A DNA stretch of 64,000 nt from Candidatus Dormiibacterota bacterium (lineage in GTDB: Bacteria; Chloroflexota; Dormibacteria; Aeolococcales; Aeolococcaceae), in assembly GCA_049283735.1 (NCBI GenBank), contig JBAPWO010000146.1, forward strand, positions 1,473 to 65,472, given 5' to 3'. Below are positions 1-7,606 of the stretch, in pieces (position 1 is the first letter of the stretch; every line of letters begins with the position of its first letter). The position numbers and the translations under genes are program-made. The notes under the pieces were generated by a model. The model searched no databases. It was given only the letters and a program-made list of their open reading frames with translations, and was not told where the DNA came from.

Positions 1-1610
1 CATGGCAGGTCCCGTTCGAGTTTCCGCTCTTCCAGGCCATGGCCGCAGTGCTCATGAACCTTGGCGGTGCCGCCGACTGGGCGATGCGAGTCAGCAGCGT
101 GATCTGTTTTGTCGCGAGCGCGGTCGCAGTCTGGGGGCTGGTTCGCCATCTCTCGACACGCACGGCCGCCGGCATCGCGGTCCTCGTTTTCCTTGCATCA
201 CCGTTCAATGTCTGGTGGAGCCGGGCTTCGATGATCGAGTACATGGCGACGGCGTTCTCGGTCGGATACGTCTGGGCGGGCATGATCTGGATCGACAGCC
301 GGCAACGGCGGTTCGCGGTGCTCGCAATCGTCCTCGGCAGCCTCGCGATGCTCGTCAAGGTGACCAGCGCGGTGTTCTGGATGGTCCCGCTGTTGCTGTA
401 TTGGGGCGCGCGTTCGAAACCACCGTGGCGGCCCTGGCTACGCGAACGTCTTCGCACATCCGCCGTGCTGTTTGCCATCCCTCTGATTGCAGCCGTGCTC
501 TGGACTCATCACGCCGACGACGTCAAGGCGGCGAGCCCGGCGACGAGCTGGTTGACCAGTGAGGCGCTGTTCGGATTCAACTTCGGTTCCGTGGGCCAGC
601 GACTGGATCCCCATCAGTGGAGCAAGATCCTCCATCCGCTCGACACCCTGGTCACCGGCATGCCATTCTGGATACTCACGGTCGTGTGCCTCATGGCGAT
701 TCTGCGCGAGCGGCGCGCCGTGTGGGTTGGAATCATCCTTGCCGGCGTCCTTCCCGTGTTTACGTTCATCAATCTGTACGCGGTGCAGGCGTACTACCTG
801 GCCGCGGTGACGCCCGCGGTTGCCGCCGTCGCCGGCTACGCGCTCGACGGCGTGATCCGTCACTGGCGCGCGGCTCCGTTCCGTGTCGCGACGATGCTGG
901 TGATCATGGCCTGGCTGGGAGCAACCCTCTACATGCAACGCGATTTCCTGGCGTCGAGCTACACGGCTCCCACACCGGATCCGTCGAACGTCCTGCCCCA
1001 GGCGCGTGAGGTCGACGCGGGGACGCGGCCGCAGGATCTCATCGTCTTCGACGGACTCCAGTGGTCACCGGCGGTGCCGTATTACGCTCGCAGGCGAGGC
1101 ATCATGCTCGTCCAGATCATCGTCACGCCGAGACTGCTCAATGGGCTGCCCGGGCAGGGATACACGTACCTCTACACGCTGACCCCGCACCCAGGTCACT
1201 TCTCCCCCGATGCGCTCGCGGTGCTGCAGCGTTGGGCGTGGTTCGGCGATATCAGCCCTCACCTCTTCCGGCTCGGCGCGACCTTTGCAAGTGTCGAAGG
1301 CGCATACATGGCGGCCGCGGCGCAGCCTTTCCAGCTGGAGGGGGCTGTCTCTGTCATCACCGGCTCTCGCACGCTGATCTGCGATGGATCGACGACGGAC
1401 GTCGCGGTCTCGACGGGAGCCACGATCACGCTGCAGTTCGCCGCGCCGCTGCCGGCGCAGGCTATCACCCTGGCGGTCAACGGACGCTGGATCCCGGCCG
1501 AGAGAACGGTGGTGGTCAACCCGGATGCCTCGACGAGTGGTGCGTTGCATCTGGCGTGCGCCGGGGGGACCGAGCTCGACCTCACCGGTGTCTACGCGCA
1601 ACAACCGTGA
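1..1610 (+). CDS. GT-C fold glycosyltransferase-like integral membrane protein (PMT/ArnT-like), 5' end outside window
   Basis: Frame 3 is open from the window edge (WQVPFEFPLFQAMAAV...), track ORF 39..1610. Many hydrophobic helices are followed by a soluble C-terminal domain of about 200 aa, an architecture typical of the PMT_2/ArnT family. Confidence 0.55.
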   Translation, partial: WQVPFEFPLFQAMAAVLMNLGGAADWAMRVSSVICFVASAVAVWGLVRHLSTRTAAGIAVLVFLASPFNVWWSRASMIEYMATAFSVGYVWAGMIWIDSRQRRFAVLAIVLGSLAMLVKVTSAVFWMVPLLLYWGARSKPPWRPWLRERLRTSAVLFAIPLIAAVLWTHHADDVKAASPATSWLTSEALFGFNFGSVGQRLDPHQWSKILHPLDTLVTGMPFWILTVVCLMAILRERRAVWVGIILAGVLPVFTFINLYAVQAYYLAAVTPAVAAVAGYALDGVIRHWRAAPFRVATMLVIMAWLGATLYMQRDFLASSYTAPTPDPSNVLPQAREVDAGTRPQDLIVFDGLQWSPAVPYYARRRGIMLVQIIVTPRLLNGLPGQGYTYLYTLTPHPGHFSPDALAVLQRWAWFGDISPHLFRLGATFASVEGAYMAAAAQPFQLEGAVSVITGSRTLICDGSTTDVAVSTGATITLQFAAPLPAQAITLAVNGRWIPAERTVVVNPDASTSGALHLACAGGTELDLTGVYAQQP

Positions 1611-1625
1611 CGCCGCGACAACCCG

Positions 1626-2528
1626 TCAGGCCGGCGCGTCGCGGCCGGCGCGCTCCCCCGCGTTGAGCTCGCGCGCGGCGGTGATGAGATCCGGACGCGA
1701 CTTGATCAACACCGGAAGTGTCTCGGCGAGCGCTGCCTGGGTGATATCGACGTGACCGAGCGCCATCAACGCTCGCGCCCAGTCGATCGACTCGCCGATC
1801 GAGGGCGTCTTGCGAAGGTCGAGACGGCGTGCTGCGCGAACCACCCGTGCAACCTGGCGCGCCAGCCGATCCTCGATACCCGGAATGCGAGCGAGCAGGA
1901 TCTCGCGCTCGCGCTCGGCCGTCGGGTAGTCCAATGCGAGGAAGAGACACCGGCGACGCAGCGCCTCGCTGAGCTCGCGGGTGTTGTTGCTGGTAAGGAC
2001 CACGAACGGGCGCCGGATGCCGGTGATGGTCCCGAGCTCCGGGATGGTCACCTGGAACTCGGCGAGCACCTCGAGCAGAAGCGCCTCCGTCTCGACCTCG
2101 ACGCGGTCGACCTCGTCGATCAGCAGCACGACGTCGTCGCGTGCCCGGATCGCCGCGAGCAGTGGGCGCTCGAGCAGATACGGCTCGCTGAAGATGTCGG
2201 CTTCGATGTCCTCCCAGCCACCGGTGGCATCCGGGACGCCGCCCCCAGCTTGGATTCGCATCAGTTGTTTGCGATAGTTCCACTCGTAGAGGGCGCGGCT
2301 CTCATCGAGGCCCTCGTAGCACTGCAGCCGCAGCAGCCGTGCCTCGGTGACCGCCGCCAGCGTCTTGGCGAGCTCGGTCTTCCCCACCCCGGCAGGACCC
2401 TCGACGAGCACCGGCTTCTCGAGTCGATCGGCAAGGAATACCACCGAGGCGATCGATTCGTCGGCGAGGTAGCCGGCGGCTCGAAGCCGCTCCAGGACAT
2501 CCGCTGGGTCGCGGAAGCGCTCAGCCAT
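1626..2528 (-). CDS. MoxR/CoxD-type AAA+ ATPase
   Basis: 300 aa. Walker A is GPAGVGKT and Walker B is VLLIDEVD. Size and N-terminal helix are typical of AAA_5 MoxR. The ATG at 2528 lies 8 nt inside the upstream gene (ATGGCTGA). Confidence 0.85.
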   Translation of the reverse strand: MAERFRDPADVLERLRAAGYLADESIASVVFLADRLEKPVLVEGPAGVGKTELAKTLAAVTEARLLRLQCYEGLDESRALYEWNYRKQLMRIQAGGGVPDATGGWEDIEADIFSEPYLLERPLLAAIRARDDVVLLIDEVDRVEVETEALLLEVLAEFQVTIPELGTITGIRRPFVVLTSNNTRELSEALRRRCLFLALDYPTAEREREILLARIPGIEDRLARQVARVVRAARRLDLRKTPSIGESIDWARALMALGHVDITQAALAETLPVLIKSRPDLITAARELNAGERAGRDAPA

Positions 2529-3633
2529 GCATCAGCCCTCGCGCTCGAACAGGTTCGGTTACGGCCAGCGGCCGTGGCGGGCGCCCAACGAAGGCGTCGC
2601 CCAGCATCCGCCGAACGGCGCCCTCATCCGAGACGAGCGGGTCGTCGCCGCTGGCCTCCATGACGCGGCGAGCCGCCTCATCGAGCCCGTCCTCGGGCAT
2701 GCCCAGCGCGGAGAGCGACACCGGCAGCCGGAGTCGGTGAAGCTGCGCGAAAACGGCGACGGATGGATCGTCGGCCTCGAGCAACCGGCTGGCCTCGACG
2801 ATCGCTTCGGGCGCGCGCGCCGCCACGAGCGCGGTCGAATGGGGCAGCACCACAGCGTGGGTTTCAGCATGCGGCAGATTCCATCCGCCCCCGAGAACGT
2901 GGCACGTTCGGTGGTGGATTCCCGCACCAGCCTGCGCGAGCGCGACGCCGGCAAGACAGGCCCCGACCAGGTTGTCGGCGTGTGAGCCGAGATCGCTCGG
3001 GTCCTCCACCACGCGCGCGAGCCCGTGCGTCAGGCGGCGGCCACCCTCGCGTGCCAGAGCGCTCGTGATCGGATTGGCGCCCGCCGACCAGAGCGCTTCG
3101 AGGCAATGGGCGAGCGCGTTCATGCCGGAAGCGGCCGCCAGCCGGGGGGGCATCCCGACGCACAACTCCGGGTCGTACACGACCGTGCGAGGCAACACCT
3201 GCGCATCCGACCACGTCTGCTTGCGCCCGTCGCTGGTGCGACCCCAGATCGGGGTCATCTCGGATCCCGCGTAGGTGGTCGGCACTGCGATGAGCGGGAG
3301 ATCGCAGGCCTCTGCAACCGCCTTACCGAGCCCGGTCGCGGAGCCACCCCCCACAGTCACGACGATGTCGGCGCCGCCGCCGCGAGCCGCACGAATCGCG
3401 TCGTCAGCGATGGCGGACGGAACATGTTGCGCCGCGCTGCGCACCTCCCCAGCAAACCGAACACCAAGACCCTCACGCAGGCGATCGAGCGTGCGCGAGG
3501 TTGACGAGCCGCTGCCGATCACCAGCACCCGCTGCTTCTCGAGCCGGGCGACCTCGTCGGGGACGCGGCGCACAGCGCCGGCGGCGAAGACGACTCGCGA
3601 CGGAAGCGCCGTCCAGGTAAACGCGTAGGTCAT
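2521..3633 (-). CDS. maleylacetate reductase (iron-containing alcohol dehydrogenase fold)
   Basis: Fe-ADH motifs VTVGGGSATGLGK and His-rich HAETHAVVLPH; about 370 aa. Start chosen at MTYAFTW (ATG 3633), which overlaps the upstream stop as ATGA. The longer track ORF N-terminus is Arg-rich and implausible. Confidence 0.75.
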   Translation of the reverse strand: MTYAFTWTALPSRVVFAAGAVRRVPDEVARLEKQRVLVIGSGSSTSRTLDRLREGLGVRFAGEVRSAAQHVPSAIADDAIRAARGGGADIVVTVGGGSATGLGKAVAEACDLPLIAVPTTYAGSEMTPIWGRTSDGRKQTWSDAQVLPRTVVYDPELCVGMPPRLAAASGMNALAHCLEALWSAGANPITSALAREGGRRLTHGLARVVEDPSDLGSHADNLVGACLAGVALAQAGAGIHHRTCHVLGGGWNLPHAETHAVVLPHSTALVAARAPEAIVEASRLLEADDPSVAVFAQLHRLRLPVSLSALGMPEDGLDEAARRVMEASGDDPLVSDEGAVRRMLGDAFVGRPPRPLAVTEPVRARGLMHG

Positions 3634-5159
3634 TGCCCGAGGTCCGGGCGCGGATACCAGATCGGGAGCTGTGCATCGACATTGATCCACACTGACTTCG
3701 GCTGGGTGTACTCGTGCATCGCCTCGAATCCCATCTCGCGACCGTAGCCCGATCCCTGCACACCGCCGAAGGGCGAGGCGGGCGAGACGCGCTTGTAGGC
3801 GTTCACCCACACCATCCCCGAGCGCAGGAGCCGGGCCATCCGGTGCGCTCGCGCAAGGTCATTGGTCCAGAGCCCGCTCCCAAGCCCGTACTGCGTCGAG
3901 TTGGCGATCTGCAACGCCTCATCGGAGTCACGGAAGGTCGTGACCACGACGAAGGGACCGAACACCTCCTCCTGGCTGACGGTCGCGTCCGGACGGGCCC
4001 GGACCACTGTCGGTTGCACGTAGTAGCCGGCGGCGAGCTCGGGTGCGCTGGGAGCCTCGCCACCGCAGAGGATCTCCCCGCCTTCGGCACGCGCCACGTC
4101 GACATAGCCGAGCACCCGGTCGCGATGCAGCGCCGATGTCAGCGGCCCCATCTCGGTCGTCATGTCGAGCGGGTCTCCGATGCGAATGCCCGTGGCCACC
4201 TTCAGGAAAGCATCGAGAAAACGGTCGGCGATGCGTTCGTGCAGTAGCAACCTCGATCCGGCGATGCACGCCTGGCCCTGGTTGTGAAAGATCGCGAAGG
4301 CCGATCCGTTGACCGCCTCCTCGAGGTTCGCGTCCTCGAACACGATGTTCGCGCCCTTGCCACCGAGCTCGAGGTGGAGGCGTTTGAGAGTCGGCGCACT
4401 TGCCTCGACAAGCCGTCGCCCCACAGCCGTCGACCCGGTGAACGACAGCATGCGAATCCGTGGATGCGTCGCGATTGCCCAACCAGCCGAATTGCCATAC
4501 CCAGGCACGATGTTGACCACGCCTTCGGGGACGCCGGCCTCCTGCATCAACGCGGCGAGGCGGAGCGTGCTGAGTGGAGTGAGCTCGCTCGGCTTCATCA
4601 CCACAGCGTTGCCTGCGGCGAGCGCCGGCCCCAGCTTCCAGCTCGTGAACATCAGCGGGAAGTTCCACGGAACGATCTGGCCCACCACGCCAATGGGCTC
4701 GCGAAGCAGGTAGTTGAGGAATCCCGACTCGACCGGGACCACCGACCCTTCGTGCTTGTCGGCCATTCCCCCGAAATACCGATACCACGCCGCCGTCCGC
4801 GGAACATCGAGCCGGGTCGTGTCGCGAATCGGGTGTCCGGTGTCGACGGTCTCGAGCCTGGCCAGTTCGGCGAGGCTGTCCTCGACGAGATCGGCCAGCC
4901 GGAGCAGGATCCGGCCACGCTCGGCGGGAGCCGTAGCCGACCACGCGGGAAAGGCGCGCTCCGCCGCATCCACGGCGCGGTCGACGTCGGTCGCGCGCGC
5001 TTCGGCGATGCGCGTGATCGTCGAACCATCGTGCGGGTCGAGAACGTCGATCTCGCCCCCTTCCGTCGCATCGACCCATTGCCCGCCGATGAAGAGACGT
5101 GTCCGGAGGCCGGCCGGGTCGAGACGTGCTCGTGAAGGCAGTTGCTCGTCGAGCCCCAC
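3630..5159 (-). CDS. NAD(P)+ aldehyde dehydrogenase, probable 4-hydroxymuconic semialdehyde dehydrogenase
   Basis: ALDH motifs ELGGKGA, catalytic-Cys region GQACIAGSR and EEVFGPF; 509 aa. Its position between the dioxygenase and maleylacetate reductase genes suggests the pathway role. Confidence 0.8.
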   Translation of the reverse strand: MGLDEQLPSRARLDPAGLRTRLFIGGQWVDATEGGEIDVLDPHDGSTITRIAEARATDVDRAVDAAERAFPAWSATAPAERGRILLRLADLVEDSLAELARLETVDTGHPIRDTTRLDVPRTAAWYRYFGGMADKHEGSVVPVESGFLNYLLREPIGVVGQIVPWNFPLMFTSWKLGPALAAGNAVVMKPSELTPLSTLRLAALMQEAGVPEGVVNIVPGYGNSAGWAIATHPRIRMLSFTGSTAVGRRLVEASAPTLKRLHLELGGKGANIVFEDANLEEAVNGSAFAIFHNQGQACIAGSRLLLHERIADRFLDAFLKVATGIRIGDPLDMTTEMGPLTSALHRDRVLGYVDVARAEGGEILCGGEAPSAPELAAGYYVQPTVVRARPDATVSQEEVFGPFVVVTTFRDSDEALQIANSTQYGLGSGLWTNDLARAHRMARLLRSGMVWVNAYKRVSPASPFGGVQGSGYGREMGFEAMHEYTQPKSVWINVDAQLPIWYPRPDLGQ

Positions 5160-5170
5160 GGAGGCCCCGA

Positions 5171-6154
5171 TCAGAAGTCCACAGGGTGGCTGGGCAGCTT
5201 GCCGGTCGCGTACAGCTCCGGAAGCGCTGCGTCGGCGTTCTCCCAGACGAGCAGCATCGCCCGCTTCGGCGAATAGCCCTGGTGCCGGATGTTCGCCGGC
5301 ATCGACGCCACGTCGCCTGGTTTCATGACGACCCGGCTTCGGGCTGCTCCGGTGTCACGATCCTCGACCGCCCAGATGATCTCGTCGCTGAGCTGGAGGA
5401 ACCACTCCACCCTGTCGTTGCCATGGATGATCGGAAGGATGTACTCCTCGGTGGTGGGGCAATACAGGCTGTCCTTGCAGACGCTCACCACCGATGGGTT
5501 CCAGGTGACGTCGGATCGGGAGAGGTACGCGAAAAGGTTGTACGCCTTCACGTCCGACTCGAAACCGGGCTCGGCTTCGACCTCCGGGCTGTCCTGCGGC
5601 ACGTCGGCGAACATGCGGTTGATGGGATGGGTGGCGTCGGTGCGCAGCTGCTCGTCGTCGTCGCACGAGACCATGCGCTTGGAAGCGACCCGCCGCCGGG
5701 TCACGGCTGCGATGTTACTGCCGTTCTTGTCACCAAAGGCGCTGCCCGTCTCCTCGGGCGAGGCGAATGGATCGAACGAAGCGTTGGTCCAGTCGGCGAG
5801 CATCCGCTCGAAGGTTGCCTTGATGTTCTCGCTCGGAAAATTCTCGACGTGATCCATCTCCGCCTTGCGGTAGGCGTCATTGTAGCGGCCGGCGAAGAGG
5901 TCGACGGTGCCGTAGTGGTTGACGGTGCCGACCACGCCGTCAAAATTGACGATGCCGTAGAAGAAGTTCCAGGCGACGTCCCGCTGCATCGCTCGGAGGA
6001 AGGCGTCCACGGACATCACGTGGCTGCCCGTGGGCCATTTGACGTACACGAAGTACTCATCACGCCGGAAGTGAAACTCGCCCAGGGTGAACTCGGCATA
6101 CCCATGCGCGTTCGGCTCGCTCGCGATGACGTCGGTGTCCATGAGCAGCGTCAT
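5171..6154 (-). CDS. hydroquinone 1,2-dioxygenase large subunit (PnpD/HapD-like cupin)
   Basis: 327 aa with a C-terminal cupin. Ligand pattern is H244-x-N246-x3-E250 plus H291 (+47), the spacing I recall for the PnpD Fe(II) ligands. SD GGGAG lies 10 nt upstream of the ATG. Confidence 0.65.
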   Translation of the reverse strand: MTLLMDTDVIASEPNAHGYAEFTLGEFHFRRDEYFVYVKWPTGSHVMSVDAFLRAMQRDVAWNFFYGIVNFDGVVGTVNHYGTVDLFAGRYNDAYRKAEMDHVENFPSENIKATFERMLADWTNASFDPFASPEETGSAFGDKNGSNIAAVTRRRVASKRMVSCDDDEQLRTDATHPINRMFADVPQDSPEVEAEPGFESDVKAYNLFAYLSRSDVTWNPSVVSVCKDSLYCPTTEEYILPIIHGNDRVEWFLQLSDEIIWAVEDRDTGAARSRVVMKPGDVASMPANIRHQGYSPKRAMLLVWENADAALPELYATGKLPSHPVDF

Positions 6155-6188
6155 TTGCTTGTGACTCCCATCACTGCGTCGACCAGCC

Positions 6189-6689
6189 TCAGTGAGTCTG
6201 GCAGATCTCTCCCCATCGATACACGGTGTCTGCGCCTTCGATGGTCTGCAGCAGAACGACCGAGGGCTTGTCAGCGCGGAACCGATACGCCGCGTGCACG
6301 GGCAGCAGGGTCATGTGCCCGCGGCGGGCGACGACGCGCCCCATGCGTGGCCCGGTGGGCTCATGACCGAGGCGCACCGAGCCCTGCGTTCCGTCGGGCG
6401 GTTCCTCGTCCGGCGACAGCCGATGGAGGGTGACCTCCACCTCTCCATCCATGACCAGTGCGAACTCGTCGTGCGCCGTGCCGCGCCACTCCGACTCACC
6501 TTCCGCGCGGATGGCTTCGAGCACGTACTGGCGATTCTTGCCAACCGCGACCTTCTCGTACGGCCGCGAGTGCGCAGCGACGTCGAACACGTTCGAGAAG
6601 GTGTAACGCCTGGGATCATCGTCGATGATCTCGACGCCCCCTTTCTCGTACTGCTCCAACGCGCCGAAACGAGTGACATACGTGGGCAC
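6189..6689 (-). CDS. hydroquinone 1,2-dioxygenase small subunit (PnpC/HapC-like)
   Basis: 166 aa, immediately upstream of the large subunit; size and position match two-subunit hydroquinone dioxygenases. GTG start preceded by AGGCGAGGATAAGG. Confidence 0.55.
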   Translation of the reverse strand: MPTYVTRFGALEQYEKGGVEIIDDDPRRYTFSNVFDVAAHSRPYEKVAVGKNRQYVLEAIRAEGESEWRGTAHDEFALVMDGEVEVTLHRLSPDEEPPDGTQGSVRLGHEPTGPRMGRVVARRGHMTLLPVHAAYRFRADKPSVVLLQTIEGADTVYRWGEICQTH

Positions 6690-6796
6690 GACCTTATCCT
6701 CGCCTAATGACCTTTGTGCGGTATGCGCACATTGTGGCGCTCTACGAACACTCGAAGGTTAGGCTCGTCATCGGGGGCACGTCAAGTGATCACGGG

Positions 6797-7531
6797 TCAG
6801 GCGCGGCCGCCCCAACCCGTCGGAGCGGCGGGAGCCGCCGAGCGAGGCGATCCCGCCTCCAGTCCGCTGAGGAGGTCGCCGCCAAGCGTCGACATCTGCG
6901 CGATCACGTCCGGGATATCCGGCGTTCCGGGGAGGTGGAGCCGAAGCTCGCGCATGCCCGCCGCGTAGAGCACGGCAACGGTCTGCTGGCAGTCTTCGAG
7001 GGTCCCGACGAGCCCCGGGGCAGCCTCGGCTTCAGCCCGCAAATCCGGATCGCCGGCGAGCCTCGCGTGTGCCTCAGCCAGCGTTCGCCCCGGAGACGCC
7101 GGGAGGCAGACGGCGCTCCTTCCCGCAACGTCACGCAGCAGCGCGAGGAGCGCTCCGACGGGTGCCGGCCCGAACACGGGAACCGCGCCCGCCGCTCGCA
7201 TCGCAGCCGCTGCGGCGGCGTCGACCGCATCTGCCGAGACGTCGTAGCCGTCGGGCGTCAGGGCGCGTCGAGCGGCGACCGCGGCAGGCGTTGCAGCGCT
7301 GGCGCGCATCCAGACATCCGAACCGGGGTTGAGCGCACGCCCCGCGCCATCGTCGACGACCCACCCGATGCGAATACCGGTCGCAGCCGAGTCCGCAGGC
7401 CACGCCGAGCCAACCGGCACCCAGAGCGCCTGCCAGCCCGCGCGAGCCGCCAGGACGGACATGGGCGGGAGCGATCCTGCCCGGTGCGGGAGCAGGAGTC
7501 CCAGCTGCAGCCGTCCGGCTCTGGCGTCCAT
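6797..7531 (-). CDS. luciferase-like (LLM-class) oxidoreductase-like protein, divergent
   Basis: The C-terminal segment GTLEDCQQTVAVLYAAGMRELRLHLPG resembles the LLM family C-terminus. Start uncertain (ATG 7531 or ATG 7567). Confidence 0.35.
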   Translation of the reverse strand: MDARAGRLQLGLLLPHRAGSLPPMSVLAARAGWQALWVPVGSAWPADSAATGIRIGWVVDDGAGRALNPGSDVWMRASAATPAAVAARRALTPDGYDVSADAVDAAAAAAMRAAGAVPVFGPAPVGALLALLRDVAGRSAVCLPASPGRTLAEAHARLAGDPDLRAEAEAAPGLVGTLEDCQQTVAVLYAAGMRELRLHLPGTPDIPDVIAQMSTLGGDLLSGLEAGSPRSAAPAAPTGWGGRA

Positions 7532-7578
7532 GACAGAGATCTTGCACGCAGATGTTGAACGTCGCATCTCGACCCCGC

Positions 7579-7602
7579 CGATTCTGCGCGAGCGCAGAAT
7601 CG
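7579..7602. promoter_or_regulatory. perfect 24-nt palindrome (11-bp arms, 2-nt spacer) CGATTCTGCGC-GA-GCGCAGAATCG
   Basis: Read directly from the sequence. Lies in the divergent region between the LLM/hydroquinone genes and the vWA gene, and ends 4 nt before the vWA ATG. Confidence 0.6.
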
Positions 7603-7606
7603 CTGC

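Noticed and set aside
5099-6433. 444-aa plus-strand ORF and similar long alternate-frame ORFs (1582-2283, 3928-5079, 12805-13860, 13983-15074, 30569-31744, 38849-40207, 56178-57818, 62071-63441)
   Set aside because: All overlap genes with strong family motifs on the other strand or in another frame. All are Arg/Pro/Gly-rich with no recognisable domains. These are high-GC artefacts.
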